Of a stretch of 59,393 nt of DNA, positions 1-9,084 are shown piece by piece. The translations under genes were made by a program, and so were the position numbers. How positions within the stretch are numbered: the first letter of the stretch is position 1; the number at the start of each line of letters is the position of its first letter. The DNA lies in the IMG/VR virus record IMGVR_UViG_3300042922_000225, positions 1 through 59,393 of that record; one strand, 5' to 3'. Source of the stretch: a virus. Lineage: Duplodnaviria > Caudoviricetes. Under the pieces are notes generated by a model, which was not told the origin of the DNA, searched no databases, and was given only the letters and a program-made list of their open reading frames with translations.

Positions 1-238
1 TCAGACAGCACGTTGTAGTCGTCGCTCACAGCACCCTCCCTCTCGTGTTGAACCCGGAATCCCGGTTGCCCTCGATCTTACCGCGCCTTTCGAACTCACG
101 CAACCCTCGGCTTACTTCTCTAATCACAGCCGCCTCTCCCGACCCTCCACGTTCGAACGGGGCGTAGTCCGGGAAATGCCGCCGTAGAGTGCGGTGATCG
201 ACTCCCATTGTCCGGCGGATCTCATTCAGCGACACGCC
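1..238. repeat. Terminal direct repeat (left copy), probably a circular-assembly overlap
   Basis: 1-238 matches 59156-59393 with one mismatch (C111 vs T59266). The repeat lies inside coding sequence. Confidence 0.95.
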
Positions 239-319
239 TGCATCAACTAGTTTCCGGAGCTGTTCCCAGCGTTCGGGGTTACGTCGGATGTCCTGGGAGT
301 TAATCTTCTCGTCCGGCAT
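26..319 (-). CDS. Helix-turn-helix DNA-binding protein
   Basis: GVSLNEIRRTMGVDHRTLRRHF is HTH-like. The ORF overlaps its neighbours in the replication operon; its 3' part is duplicated at 59181-59393. Confidence 0.65.
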   Translation of the reverse strand: MPDEKINSQDIRRNPERWEQLRKLVDAGVSLNEIRRTMGVDHRTLRRHFPDYAPFERGGSGEAAVIREVSRGLREFERRGKIEGNRDSGFNTRGRVL

Positions 320-482
320 CCACAGCCTCCTGCGTAGCGTCTATCAGCGCCTCACCAATCTCACGGGCGTAGCGGGCGGGGATAACCTGCGCCGCACCCT
401 GGGGTCCGATCCGAAGGTAGACGCCCTGCTCAGTGGTAGATACGTGCCAGTAGTTGTCCTTTGAGCGCTTAATGAAGTTCAC
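300..482 (-). CDS. Hypothetical protein
   Basis: GTG start after GGAGGAGG, overlapping the stop of the upstream gene. Confidence 0.55.
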   Translation of the reverse strand: MNFIKRSKDNYWHVSTTEQGVYLRIGPQGAAQVIPARYAREIGEALIDATQEAVDAGRED

Positions 483-991
483 TCTTCCTCCTCCGCAGGG
501 AAGGAAAGATCCGCACAAGCTCGCATCTCTGAGAGAATGGCCTGAGCGTACGGGCTCTCAGGGTTATTACGAATGAAGTCTAGGACCTTAACGCCAACTC
601 GGGGCTGAAACAGGGCGATATACTCTCCATCCTCCTCCCAGTGGGTGATAATTCCGTTGATCTGACCGTCCGGGAGGTGAGAATCCTTGCGCCAGTTCAC
701 TGAAAACCACGCCGCAGCGGTGAGAAGTTCATCTCGAATGCTTCTCTTGGACTGGCGGAAGGTCTTGCTGAAAGAGTCTCGGCCCAGAAGGTGCTTCAGG
801 TCCAGTGCTCGGCGCAGGCGCTTAGTCCAGTGGTTACGACCGGTGTAATCGGACTCATACCGGATGTGCTTCAGGTCGCCCGTGTCTCGGCTGTAAACCC
901 AGCCCTCCGCGTTGCCCGAGAACTTCGTCGCTACAAACTCCGCCCAATCGAGTATCTTCTTGTCCTTGTCGTCCACGTCAGTTCCTCTCAA
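479..991 (-). CDS. Hypothetical protein
   Basis: 170-aa ORF tightly packed between the primase and the next gene. Confidence 0.6.
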   Translation of the reverse strand: MRGTDVDDKDKKILDWAEFVATKFSGNAEGWVYSRDTGDLKHIRYESDYTGRNHWTKRLRRALDLKHLLGRDSFSKTFRQSKRSIRDELLTAAAWFSVNWRKDSHLPDGQINGIITHWEEDGEYIALFQPRVGVKVLDFIRNNPESPYAQAILSEMRACADLSFPAEEEE

Positions 992-3378
992 ACGTTCAGC
1001 TTGTAAACAATGTCCTTGCCTTCACCCGACAGCCGCAACAGGCGTCCGGACTCTTGCAAGTAGCCGATGCGATCATCGATTTCACGCTGGCTCTTGATGA
1101 CCTTACCACGGAAAGCGTGCAGGAGGGAAGCCCTAGTTACTGTTCCGCCCTGTTCAGTTACGAAGCTCTCGATCTCGGCCAGATCCCGGCTGTACGGGCT
1201 CTCGCTGATCGACTCAGATACCTCCATCACGGTTCGAAGCCACTGCCCGCCGTATGAAATCGCCGTCAGCGTATCGTCGTAGGTGAACGTGGTACGGCCC
1301 TCGTACAGCGCAACGAGAGCAGCACACTTCCACAGCGTCTCCATCACAAGGCGGTCCACCGCGGGCTTGATGAAATTCCACCGCGAAGAGGTGCGCCCTG
1401 TAGCGCGGAAGTCATCGGCTGCTTGGTTAAGACGGGCTTGGGCAGAAGCAGTCGCCTTCATGCCGAAGCGCTCGGGGAACTCCGCGGCCCCAATCGACAG
1501 GTCTGCTGCGATCTCGTATGCAGAGTCCGGGACCTCTCGGCGCTGGCCCTCACGGATTTTCAGGTCACTCTTTCGGTTAGGGTCAGGAATCGTCTTGTCC
1601 CACACCCAGTTCACACGCGCCAAATATCCGCTGTCGAACTGCGAGGCATCCATAAGAGCCAGCATCCGGTCGGGAGTTCCCCACATAAGCTGATTAAGCG
1701 AGGTACGGGCCGATTTACCCCGATCATCCTTCAGGGAAATCTTGGAGGAGGGCTCAACGAACCCGTCGTACCATTTGGCGAGCTTGTCGGGAACGGAGGC
1801 CATCCAGTCCTTGATCCGAATATCCCGGAAAAAGTCCGCTGCCTCATCGTTATGGATAATGCTCGACTTTTCGTTTCGGTGAATAAGACCCATGTGCAGG
1901 CCGTCAGGAGAAGAAAGCGCACCCAGGTTGTAGTTCTCGCTCTCGCCGTCCAGGAACATCGCGTTAAGCACCGCCCGGAGGAATCCGTCCTCAGTACCCT
2001 TACCGGTGGTGGACTCACCCAGCACAATGAACCACGTGTTTACTTCCAAGCTTTTCGCGAGGGGAATAAACGCCTTGTACCCGTAGGCCATGCTGAGGAT
2101 GGTCCAGGCGGCAGGAGGTGCGTACGTGAAGTTCGTAAAGCCCTTTTCCTGGGTGGCCTCGGTGTAAACGTCAATGAACGTACGGGTGTTCTTAACCGTC
2201 TTCTCTTCGGTGGCGGTGAGGAACTGTCCGCGCTTGGTATTCTCTTTCTTAGGTTCAGCCTTTACCAGGGAGGGATTTTCCCGCACGGGCTCCGGGCGCT
2301 CTCGGTAATCGGTGACCCGCTCGTGGACGAAAAGCAACCCCCATTCCCGGGAAATGTCCTTCGTACGGGGTGAGTTCCACAGAAGAGAAGTAAGTTCCAG
2401 GTCGTCTGAAATCAGCGGTGCAGCGGTAGCCAAAAGCTCGCGGAACGTGTCCTTGTTGCCGGGTGCTCCGGTCAGCAGGCGGTCAGGGATACCGGCTGGG
2501 ACCCGAGTCAGGTCATAGGCCGGAAGGTTCTTACGGAGGTCAATTGCGGCACCGTGTTTCTGAATGCCTGATGCCAGCCCCTCGGCAAACTCCGCAGGCC
2601 ACTCGTCTTCCTCGCGGGAATGAGCCCCGGTGCGGGACATGAACATCTCTTCGATGCGCTCAAGAAGAGCGGGAACTCCGGGGTTACCTTCGGCCCCCAG
2701 CCGCACAGCACGGTGCTGTAGCTCGATAACGTCACTGTGGCTGAAGTCATCCCCGCGGCTTTCAAACAGCTTCTCAGCGTCCTCGATAGCTCGGCGCACC
2801 AGGAGGTTAGGATCGCCCGTCTCCAGCGTCTCGTACCAGTCCTTGACAGTTCCGGTGTAGGCGTCCACAGAGCGGGCCTGGGATTCCTCGCACAGCCACT
2901 CGGGGGCTTCTGCAAAGGTGGACCGGTCAGGGAGTGTGTCAGCGGTGAACACCACGTAGGACTCACCCGCGCGGCGGTCAACACCAGCCATCTTCCGGTA
3001 TCCGGCCTTGGGCGAGAGGTGCTTGCCCTCGGGGGCGGCGTACATGATGTGCTTGCCGTTACCCGAGATAGAGTCGTACGAAAAGCTCTCCGGGACATCC
3101 ACCCAGGCCCGATCCAGGCTATCGAAGCCGTCAACCAGAACGTTGCCGTCAGCGTCAGTCTTATAGTCAAGGTCAAGAACTACGATGCCTGACATGCCGC
3201 AGTGAATTCCGATGTGGGCCTTGTCGCCGTACTTCTCGAAAACCTCCTGCACGTGGAACGGGTCCAGGGACGCCGACTTCAGACCGTCGCTTGCATACGG
3301 CGTTTTGTCCGCCCGCACAGCGAAAACCGCAAAGCCTGCTTCTGCCAGTGCCTTCGCTCGTTCAGCTACAGATACCAA
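988..3378 (-). CDS. Bifunctional primase/polymerase (Prim-Pol) fused to a P-loop helicase-like domain
   Basis: N-terminal Prim-Pol motifs (AVRADKTP, IGIHCG..GIVVLDLD, SGNGKHIMY). C-terminal Walker A GESTTGKG and Walker B IHNDEA. Strong RBS GGAGGAGG. Confidence 0.85.
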   Translation of the reverse strand: MVSVAERAKALAEAGFAVFAVRADKTPYASDGLKSASLDPFHVQEVFEKYGDKAHIGIHCGMSGIVVLDLDYKTDADGNVLVDGFDSLDRAWVDVPESFSYDSISGNGKHIMYAAPEGKHLSPKAGYRKMAGVDRRAGESYVVFTADTLPDRSTFAEAPEWLCEESQARSVDAYTGTVKDWYETLETGDPNLLVRRAIEDAEKLFESRGDDFSHSDVIELQHRAVRLGAEGNPGVPALLERIEEMFMSRTGAHSREEDEWPAEFAEGLASGIQKHGAAIDLRKNLPAYDLTRVPAGIPDRLLTGAPGNKDTFRELLATAAPLISDDLELTSLLWNSPRTKDISREWGLLFVHERVTDYRERPEPVRENPSLVKAEPKKENTKRGQFLTATEEKTVKNTRTFIDVYTEATQEKGFTNFTYAPPAAWTILSMAYGYKAFIPLAKSLEVNTWFIVLGESTTGKGTEDGFLRAVLNAMFLDGESENYNLGALSSPDGLHMGLIHRNEKSSIIHNDEAADFFRDIRIKDWMASVPDKLAKWYDGFVEPSSKISLKDDRGKSARTSLNQLMWGTPDRMLALMDASQFDSGYLARVNWVWDKTIPDPNRKSDLKIREGQRREVPDSAYEIAADLSIGAAEFPERFGMKATASAQARLNQAADDFRATGRTSSRWNFIKPAVDRLVMETLWKCAALVALYEGRTTFTYDDTLTAISYGGQWLRTVMEVSESISESPYSRDLAEIESFVTEQGGTVTRASLLHAFRGKVIKSQREIDDRIGYLQESGRLLRLSGEGKDIVYKLNV

Positions 3379-3457
3379 TTAGCTCCTCCTCCGAGCGTTA
3401 ACACTTAGATCGTTTGTCGTCCCCTGCGTTCCGTATGATCTCGTGCGTTTCGTATAG

Positions 3458-3532
3458 TGGCTGACTACCCTGGACTCGAACCAGGAACCAATCGATTAAC
3501 AGTCGAACGCTCTGCCATTGAGCTAGTAGTCA
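3458..3532 (-). tRNA. trnN: tRNA-Asn (GTT)
   Basis: Cloverleaf on - strand: acceptor TGACTAC/GTAGTCA, D arm GCTC/GAGC, anticodon loop CT-GTT-AA, T arm CCTGG-TTCGAGT-CCAGG, encoded CCA. Confidence 0.95.
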
Positions 3533-3574
3533 TTGTGTGCGATTATCCTGACGCACCCCAGGTCTTCTAGCCTA

Positions 3575-3850
3575 TCAGTTGATCCGGAACTCCGTCTTGC
3601 TGACGTAACGCTCCCGAATTTCGGCAGCAGAATTACTCTTCTCTCGCCGATCGCGTTCCGCCCGGATGGTAGCAGATGCAGCTAGCCGGGCTTCCTGGGC
3701 GCTGTCAAAAAATCCGAGCCTGTGGTAGGAAACTACTCCAAGAACGCTGTCGTAATTGATTCGCGCCTCAAACAGTTTACCCTCGATGGGTTCAGGGTAC
3801 TCGGTAATTTCCACTGACAGAGGTCCTTCGAGATCGGCAAAGATCAGCAT
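3575..3850 (-). CDS. Hypothetical protein, possible AP2-like DNA-binding domain
   Basis: FEARI...HRLGFFDSAQEARLA resembles the AP2 YLG.F.T.EEA..A pattern. Confidence 0.5.
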   Translation of the reverse strand: MLIFADLEGPLSVEITEYPEPIEGKLFEARINYDSVLGVVSYHRLGFFDSAQEARLAASATIRAERDRREKSNSAAEIRERYVSKTEFRIN

Positions 3851-4227
3851 TAGAACGGGCTCCCCGAGTCGTCGTTGCCGTCATCCAGGACCGTGACGGT
3901 TCCGAACTTCAGGGTGATGCCCTTCTGAACAGCGCCGTTCTTGTCGGTGTACTCCCGGACCTCCTGCTTGGCGTCCTCTACGCGGATTTTCTGACCCTTC
4001 TTGATGCTTGCAAGGGTCTGAGCCGCGTCGCCACCTGCCTCCACGTCATACCAAGTGGTGCCGGTCTGAACGAACTGGCCGTCCTTCTTGTACCCCTCGT
4101 TGATGGCGATAGGAACCTGCTTCACGCCTCGCGTGCCCTCGCGGTCGTAGGCGGGGTTACGGGCGCCCGACGCCGCGTAGCCGACCAGCGTAACGGTGGC
4201 ACCAAGGTAGTTGTTGGGGTTGCTCAT
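3850..4227 (-). CDS. ssb: Single-stranded DNA-binding protein
   Basis: OB-fold pattern (TTWYDVEA, KKGQKIRV, REYTDKNG) and acidic tail ending DDSGSPF. Confidence 0.85.
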   Translation of the reverse strand: MSNPNNYLGATVTLVGYAASGARNPAYDREGTRGVKQVPIAINEGYKKDGQFVQTGTTWYDVEAGGDAAQTLASIKKGQKIRVEDAKQEVREYTDKNGAVQKGITLKFGTVTVLDDGNDDSGSPF

Positions 4228-4427
4228 GCGTTCTCCTTCTGGTTGTTCAGGGTAATTCGTGCGCGGCGGGCAAAGTTGCTATAAGCCTTCTCGACTTCCG
4301 CCAGCTTCTTCTCGGATCGGCTCGCACCCCACCGCGTCAGCGAGAAACGGAACTCCGTCTGAGCGGCGTCCCCCGTCTCCAGCTTCGTCACGTAATGAGC
4401 GAACCCGATCCTCTCTGTCGTAATCAT
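4224..4427 (-). CDS. Hypothetical protein flanked by 17-bp direct repeats
   Basis: ATGA-coupled on both sides, with a GAAGGAG RBS. Confidence 0.65.
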   Translation of the reverse strand: MITTERIGFAHYVTKLETGDAAQTEFRFSLTRWGASRSEKKLAEVEKAYSNFARRARITLNNQKENA

Positions 4428-5353
4428 GCGTTCTCCTTCTCTAGCTGTTTCAGTACATCCTTGCGCTTCTTCTGCGCGTGCCGGGCGGTAAGGGCTCCTT
4501 GGAACAGGTCAAACCCGGCTTCAATCAAACCGTAGTCGATCACATGCAGTTTTGCAAACGCGGGGATGAAGTTACCGTTCCGGTCGGAGTCATCGGGCCG
4601 CATCTGGAACACGGCGTACTGACTGAAATCCGGGACGGGCTCCTCCACCCACCACGAGTCTACCTGACCCCCGTGGTGTTTTGCAACACTGGGAACGATC
4701 TTGTAGTAAACAGACCCCGGGGTGCCTTCGGGGACCTCCTTCGCCCACGTGTGACAGGCTCCGAGGGCTGCAAGCTGAGCTTCGTGGCTCTCGTGAACGA
4801 GCCGGGAGGTCTTGTCATCCCCCAGTGTCATCACGTCGTCCACCTCGCCCACCCAGTCCGCCGTACCCGCATAGCCCTGCCCGAAGAACGTACCTTCGGT
4901 CAGGACCGTGCGGAAGGTGTGCTCGGACTCCCAGATGTGGAACGCCTCGATCATCTGCCACAGGTCATTGCGGCCTTCTGCGGGCTCCGGCTCAAACCAA
5001 CCCCGCCGGATCGCCTCGGTGTAGGTGTGCATGAAGGTTCCGGTTTCGGATGTATCGTCAAGCACCCCCATACTGTAGTCGTACACCGTTACCTCGTCCA
5101 TCTTCTCAGGGCTCAGCCGCCGAGAGTAATACTGGAGGTAGCGCATACCTTGTTCTTCGGTACGAGACAGAAGGGAGTCGATATTGGCAACAGCGAAAGC
5201 AGCGGTCTGCTCAATGTGCCAGTTAACGATCCCCTCCTTCTCGATAGCCGAAGTAACAGAAGTCACACCCGGTACGATTTCACCTGTAAACGGGTTCCGA
5301 TAGCCCCGACCTCCGTACCCGCTGGCGGGCACCACTAATTTCGGAACACTCAC
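4424..5353 (-). CDS. PD-(D/E)XK exonuclease (RecE/Cas4-like)
   Basis: VPGVTSV N-terminus, TGTFMH, YAGTAD...GDDKTS...QLAA motifs; adjacent to ERF and SSB. Confidence 0.8.
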   Translation of the reverse strand: MSVPKLVVPASGYGGRGYRNPFTGEIVPGVTSVTSAIEKEGIVNWHIEQTAAFAVANIDSLLSRTEEQGMRYLQYYSRRLSPEKMDEVTVYDYSMGVLDDTSETGTFMHTYTEAIRRGWFEPEPAEGRNDLWQMIEAFHIWESEHTFRTVLTEGTFFGQGYAGTADWVGEVDDVMTLGDDKTSRLVHESHEAQLAALGACHTWAKEVPEGTPGSVYYKIVPSVAKHHGGQVDSWWVEEPVPDFSQYAVFQMRPDDSDRNGNFIPAFAKLHVIDYGLIEAGFDLFQGALTARHAQKKRKDVLKQLEKENA

Positions 5354-6027
5354 TCGCTTTCGAGTTCCTTGTACAGCAGTTCGTAGACCTCAGCGCGGTT
5401 CTTACCCGGGTTAGCGGACTCGACCTTCTTAAAGCGTTCCCCCAACGTTTCGGGGGTGAACTTACCCGTGGCGATGTACTCCGTGTTCAGCTTAGTCTTG
5501 TACTCCGAGTTCACCTGACGGCTAGGCGGAGTACCCTTGTTCCGGGCCTGCTCAACCTTCTGCTGTGCGCCGCTCGGAGCTTCGGGCGTTCCTGCCTTGC
5601 CCGCATCTTCCGCAGACTGCTCGGTGATAAGGAAGGTGCGAAGTAGGGCGTTCTTCAGAGCATTGGTGGACCCGATGTTGGATGCTACCGCAGTGCCCGT
5701 TGCCAGGCCGTCTCCGGTACCTGAAACGGTTACGCTAGAGCCGTCCACAGTAGACACGATGGTGTAGGTGCCCTTGATGACAATGGAGACCTGAAGACGG
5801 TTATTGTTCAGCAGGTTCTCGTGCTTAATGACCTCCTCGTTGGGGAGGAAGATCAGTTTGTTAGCCACGAACTGCCGCTTGGTCTCTGCTGCCGCGTCCA
5901 CCGCCGTAATATAGGGCTTTCCACCCATGTTACCCGGGAGAGTTCCATTCTTCTCCACCGAAAGACTCTTCAGTACCTCCGCAAGCGCCGTGTAGACGTG
6001 CGGAACTTCAATCTGTGCCTGGACCAA
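5350..6027 (-). CDS. erf: ERF-family ssDNA annealing protein
   Basis: VEKNG, STVDGSSVTV.GTGDG and STNALKNALLRTFLI match the ERF core. Confidence 0.8.
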   Translation of the reverse strand: MVQAQIEVPHVYTALAEVLKSLSVEKNGTLPGNMGGKPYITAVDAAAETKRQFVANKLIFLPNEEVIKHENLLNNNRLQVSIVIKGTYTIVSTVDGSSVTVSGTGDGLATGTAVASNIGSTNALKNALLRTFLITEQSAEDAGKAGTPEAPSGAQQKVEQARNKGTPPSRQVNSEYKTKLNTEYIATGKFTPETLGERFKKVESANPGKNRAEVYELLYKELESE

Positions 6028-6634
6028 TGTGGTTCCTCTTCTCTTGTCGATATTTTGTCATCGCGATCTTACACTGCTCGCATTTACATCCAAAATTTGC
6101 ATACGCATTTACACTTCCGTGCCTTGGATCGGATGCAGGCAGACCTTCTCTTTTCCGTTCTTTGGCTTTATCTCGCTTACATACGCGACAATATCTTCGT
6201 CCACCCAGAACATACGTTGAGTTCTCAGTATAGGGGTGCCCTCGGGTACAACTTTTACGTCCCGCAAAATTGTGTCGTCCATGCAGAATTGTATCCCGGT
6301 TGTTGTCGAAACTGTTACCGCGCCGAAGGTTAGAGACTCGGTTGTTAAGCGGGTTGCCATCCCCGTGAAGCACCAATTCTCCTTGACCTGATAGCCTATC
6401 CTCAAAAGCCAAAGCAACCAGTCTGTGCGCCTTACGGGCCAAGGATCCTCCTCTCCCGTCCGATAGCCGGTAGACGGGGTATCCGCCTGTTGACGATCCG
6501 GGACGAAGAACTCGTTTACTTAAGTGGCTATAGACTTCTCCCCCCTCAGAAATTGAATATCGCCCTGAAAAACCAGGGACCTCTCGCCACTCCACGTTCG
6601 GGTTCACCTCGTCACCCCCTCGATTATTTTTCAC
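6008..6634 (-). CDS. NUMOD4-HNH homing endonuclease
   Basis: WREVPGFSGRYSISEGGEVYS (NUMOD4), AHRLVALAF, VLHGDGNPLNNRVSNLR (HNH), C-terminal CTRGH..CRVC. Confidence 0.9.
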   Translation of the reverse strand: MKNNRGGDEVNPNVEWREVPGFSGRYSISEGGEVYSHLSKRVLRPGSSTGGYPVYRLSDGRGGSLARKAHRLVALAFEDRLSGQGELVLHGDGNPLNNRVSNLRRGNSFDNNRDTILHGRHNFAGRKSCTRGHPYTENSTYVLGGRRYCRVCKRDKAKERKREGLPASDPRHGSVNAYANFGCKCEQCKIAMTKYRQEKRNHIGPGTD

Positions 6635-7307
6635 GCCGTCTTAGCGGCCAGTCCCGCTCGATCTCAATGGTGTCATCGCCCTTGGCTTCCCGGAGCCAAG
6701 TCTCAAACCCCTCAGCCCAGTCTACATGCATCCGAGCCTGCTCTGCCACGGTGGGGATGCCGTACTTCTCAGCTACGCGAGCAGCAACCTTAGCGGTGAT
6801 TGCCACGTCGTACCCTGCCTTGTGAGCCTCGGACGGGTTGAACGGGACGCCGTAGGCACCTGCCACGTTCTCCAGCTTACGCTTGCCCTTGCGGTACTTA
6901 TCCTTTGCGCGGTCCACGATGAGGGGGTCAAAAAACTCTGCCTCAGACTCGTACTCGTCAAAATCCACGCCTAAGTGTCGCTCATACTCACTTGCCAGCA
7001 ACGAGAAATCGAACGACAGGTTGTACGCAACCCAGATAAGGTCCGTGTTCTCAGCGTAGACATCCAGCGCTTCGTTAAGCGCCCGTCCAGGCGAAGTGCC
7101 GTTTGCCCGCAGATACTCCGTGGTAAACCCGTGAACGGCTGCCGCTTCCTCGGGTACTTCAACACCCGGATCGATGATCCACTCCCACTCTTCCAGCAGG
7201 TTACCGTCCGCGTCTGCGGTTGCGATAACAAGCTGAACGATCCGGTCGTTGAATACATCTACGCCGGTTGTCTCGGTATCGAAGATTAGGTACTTTGCGT
7301 CACTCAC
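6624..7307 (-). CDS. DnaQ-like (DEDDh) 3'-5' exonuclease
   Basis: IFDTETTG, VHG, AYNLSFD and HKAGYD motifs. GTG start at 7307 preferred over the ORF-track start at 7382. Confidence 0.9.
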   Translation of the reverse strand: MSDAKYLIFDTETTGVDVFNDRIVQLVIATADADGNLLEEWEWIIDPGVEVPEEAAAVHGFTTEYLRANGTSPGRALNEALDVYAENTDLIWVAYNLSFDFSLLASEYERHLGVDFDEYESEAEFFDPLIVDRAKDKYRKGKRKLENVAGAYGVPFNPSEAHKAGYDVAITAKVAARVAEKYGIPTVAEQARMHVDWAEGFETWLREAKGDDTIEIERDWPLRRREK

Positions 7308-7524
7308 CGGGCGTCCACCCCACGCTGCTACTCTCGCCGCGGAACGAAATGACCACAGCCTCTCCGTCCGTTCTAAACTCAAGCGAGTCAGCGTTTCCGT
7401 TATACAGAATGCACGCCCCTGTCATGGTGTCGATCACGTCTCGAAGCTCCTTAATTCCAGATCCGGAGTATACCCGAGCCTCAAACATTTTCTGCTCTGT
7501 CTCCCAGTAGGAGGTCTTCATCAC
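7300..7524 (-). CDS. Hypothetical protein
   Basis: Packed ORF in the leftward operon. Confidence 0.55.
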   Translation of the reverse strand: MMKTSYWETEQKMFEARVYSGSGIKELRDVIDTMTGACILYNGNADSLEFRTDGEAVVISFRGESSSVGWTPGE

Positions 7525-7607
7525 TTCCCCTTCTTCAGTCGATCACTAAAGTACACGATAGCCGCCAAAAATCCAAGCAGCGGAATCACAATCCACGGCT
7601 CGGTCAC
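7521..7607 (-). CDS. Small membrane peptide (28 aa)
   Basis: Manually translated MTEPWIVIPLLGFLAAIVYFSDRLKKGK; GTGA overlaps on both sides. Confidence 0.5.
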   Translation of the reverse strand: MTEPWIVIPLLGFLAAIVYFSDRLKKGK

Positions 7608-7756
7608 TCTTCTAGCTCCCGAACAACAACGTAACGGTAGCTGTTGACGTGGGCCTCCTCCTGAGCAGCGAGCATGGTGGTGAAAGCCCCGATCACTTTA
7701 GCGGGCCACCGAGTAGCGCCTACGACAGGCTCTTCCAGGACGATGTAGATGTCCAC
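7604..7756 (-). CDS. Hypothetical protein (50 aa)
   Basis: Manually translated MDIYIVLEE...RELEE; fills the gap, GGAGG RBS. Confidence 0.5.
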   Translation of the reverse strand: MDIYIVLEEPVVGATRWPAKVIGAFTTMLAAQEEAHVNSYRYVVVRELEE

Positions 7757-8038
7757 TCACACCTCCAACTTCTTCGGCGGGTAGTCTCCGTAAACACTCT
7801 CTCGGGCAGAAAGACCCCGGTACTCATTCCACTTCTTGAGCGCAAATTGAGCAGTATCTACGATCTTCTTGTGGTCGCCCGTTTCAGCGCGGTACAGAAC
7901 CCCGCTCTCAATCAGAGTCGAGAAAAACTTGTCCGCCCTCCGAATTTCCACGCGGGCATAGGGTGCGATGAACTTCTTAATCCGCCAAAAATACCCCTCG
8001 GGAAGCTCAGGAAGCCCCGTAGTCTCGTCAATGTTCAT
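7757..8038 (-). CDS. Hypothetical protein
   Basis: LPELPEGYFWRI...GDYPPKKL is typical of small actinophage proteins; packed ORF. Confidence 0.65.
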   Translation of the reverse strand: MNIDETTGLPELPEGYFWRIKKFIAPYARVEIRRADKFFSTLIESGVLYRAETGDHKKIVDTAQFALKKWNEYRGLSARESVYGDYPPKKLEV

Positions 8039-8216
8039 CCTTCAACTCCTCAATCTCGTTACGCAGGTCTGCCAGTCTAGCGCGTGCCGCCCCCGGGTCA
8101 AACCTCAGACGTTCGCGAGCCTCGTCCAGCTTTGCTCGAATCTCCTCGATGGGCTGAGTACGGATGAACTCAACAACCTCGGCCCAGGTAAGTTCCTGTT
8201 TCCACGGGTCAATCAT
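8028..8216 (-). CDS. Hypothetical coiled-coil protein
   Basis: Packed ORF with GAGGAG RBS. Confidence 0.55.
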   Translation of the reverse strand: MIDPWKQELTWAEVVEFIRTQPIEEIRAKLDEARERLRFDPGAARARLADLRNEIEELKDEH

Positions 8217-8550
8217 CTCTCATGCTCTCCTCAAGCTTACGCCCGTAAACGTGTCCGGAAAAAACTCCCCAGGCCGGACGCGCAACCAGCCGGTAAATCT
8301 CGCACTCGTTCGTGGATTCACAGCCTGCGCACATCACCTGAGCCTGGCGGTCGGTAGGAAGTGTGTCCCCCGAGAACTCATCTTCTCGACCCGCGCAGTT
8401 AGCGCCCTTGGTCATCGCCGCCTTCCACAGATCCATGTTCGCCTTAGAGGCTTCGGGGGACTGCTTCAGGTACTCGATAGAAAGCGTACGCTCGGGCTTG
8501 GGGGACTCTTGGTTGATGCGGTAGCCCGCGATGCTCGGATACTCAGCCAT
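8209..8550 (-). CDS. whiB: WhiB-like transcription factor
   Basis: Four cysteines (ANC...CAGC.....C) followed by WGVFSG, matching the WhiB G[VI]WGG turn. Confidence 0.7.
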   Translation of the reverse strand: MAEYPSIAGYRINQESPKPERTLSIEYLKQSPEASKANMDLWKAAMTKGANCAGREDEFSGDTLPTDRQAQVMCAGCESTNECEIYRLVARPAWGVFSGHVYGRKLEESMRDD

Positions 8551-8728
8551 TAACGCCCTTATCTACCTCGGAAATAGTGTTCAAAAAGTCTTCAGCATCC
8601 CTTAGGTCCCACGCGGTGTACGAATGTACGCCGTCAATGTAGACTTTGAACTCTTCCTCCACGGGCCGAATCTCAACGTCCGCCTGTAGGGTCTTGCTCC
8701 AGTAATCCTCTATACGGTCAACGGTCAT
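8543..8728 (-). CDS. Hypothetical protein
   Basis: Packed ORF with RBS. Confidence 0.55.
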   Translation of the reverse strand: MTVDRIEDYWSKTLQADVEIRPVEEEFKVYIDGVHSYTAWDLRDAEDFLNTISEVDKGVNG

Positions 8729-8909
8729 CTTTCAGTCCCTCCATTCCAAAGTGGTCCCAGACAGTGAAAAACGGCTCGTGGATGATGTAATTCTGAAACT
8801 CCTCCGCACCGTCCCTAACCGTATCAATCCCGACTACCTGTCCATAAAGGATATGGAGTACCTCGCGAACGATTTCACGATCCTGATCGCTGTATTTGTG
8901 CTCAGTCAT
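8718..8909 (-). CDS. Hypothetical protein flanked by 20-bp boundary repeats
   Basis: Packed ORF with RBS. Confidence 0.55.
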   Translation of the reverse strand: MTEHKYSDQDREIVREVLHILYGQVVGIDTVRDGAEEFQNYIIHEPFFTVWDHFGMEGLKDDR

Positions 8910-9084
8910 CTTTCAGTCCTTCCAAATACCACTCCATCGGGGCGGTGTGACCCCAACGAGTCTCAACATAGCTCACAAAGTCGGCGTAATCCGCCCAGTA
9001 ACCCCGGCACTGATCCCCGCAGCGGCACACGGAGTCATGCATGGCTTGGACGAGTGCTTGCATTTCCACTCGCTTATCGATCAC
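8902..9084 (-). CDS. Hypothetical protein
   Basis: GTG start overlapping the upstream TGA. Confidence 0.5.
   Translation of the reverse strand: MIDKRVEMQALVQAMHDSVCRCGDQCRGYWADYADFVSYVETRWGHTAPMEWYLEGLKDD

Noticed and set aside
1423-2373. Long antisense ORFs (also 4478-5338, 30861-31772, 33053-34108, 44819-46084, 57497-58357)
   Set aside because: Shadows of well-supported genes on the opposite strand, expected at high GC; no motifs recognised.
6008-6634. HNH as part of a group I intron
   Set aside because: Flanking ERF and DnaQ genes look complete and overlap the HNH directly, leaving no room for an intron core.
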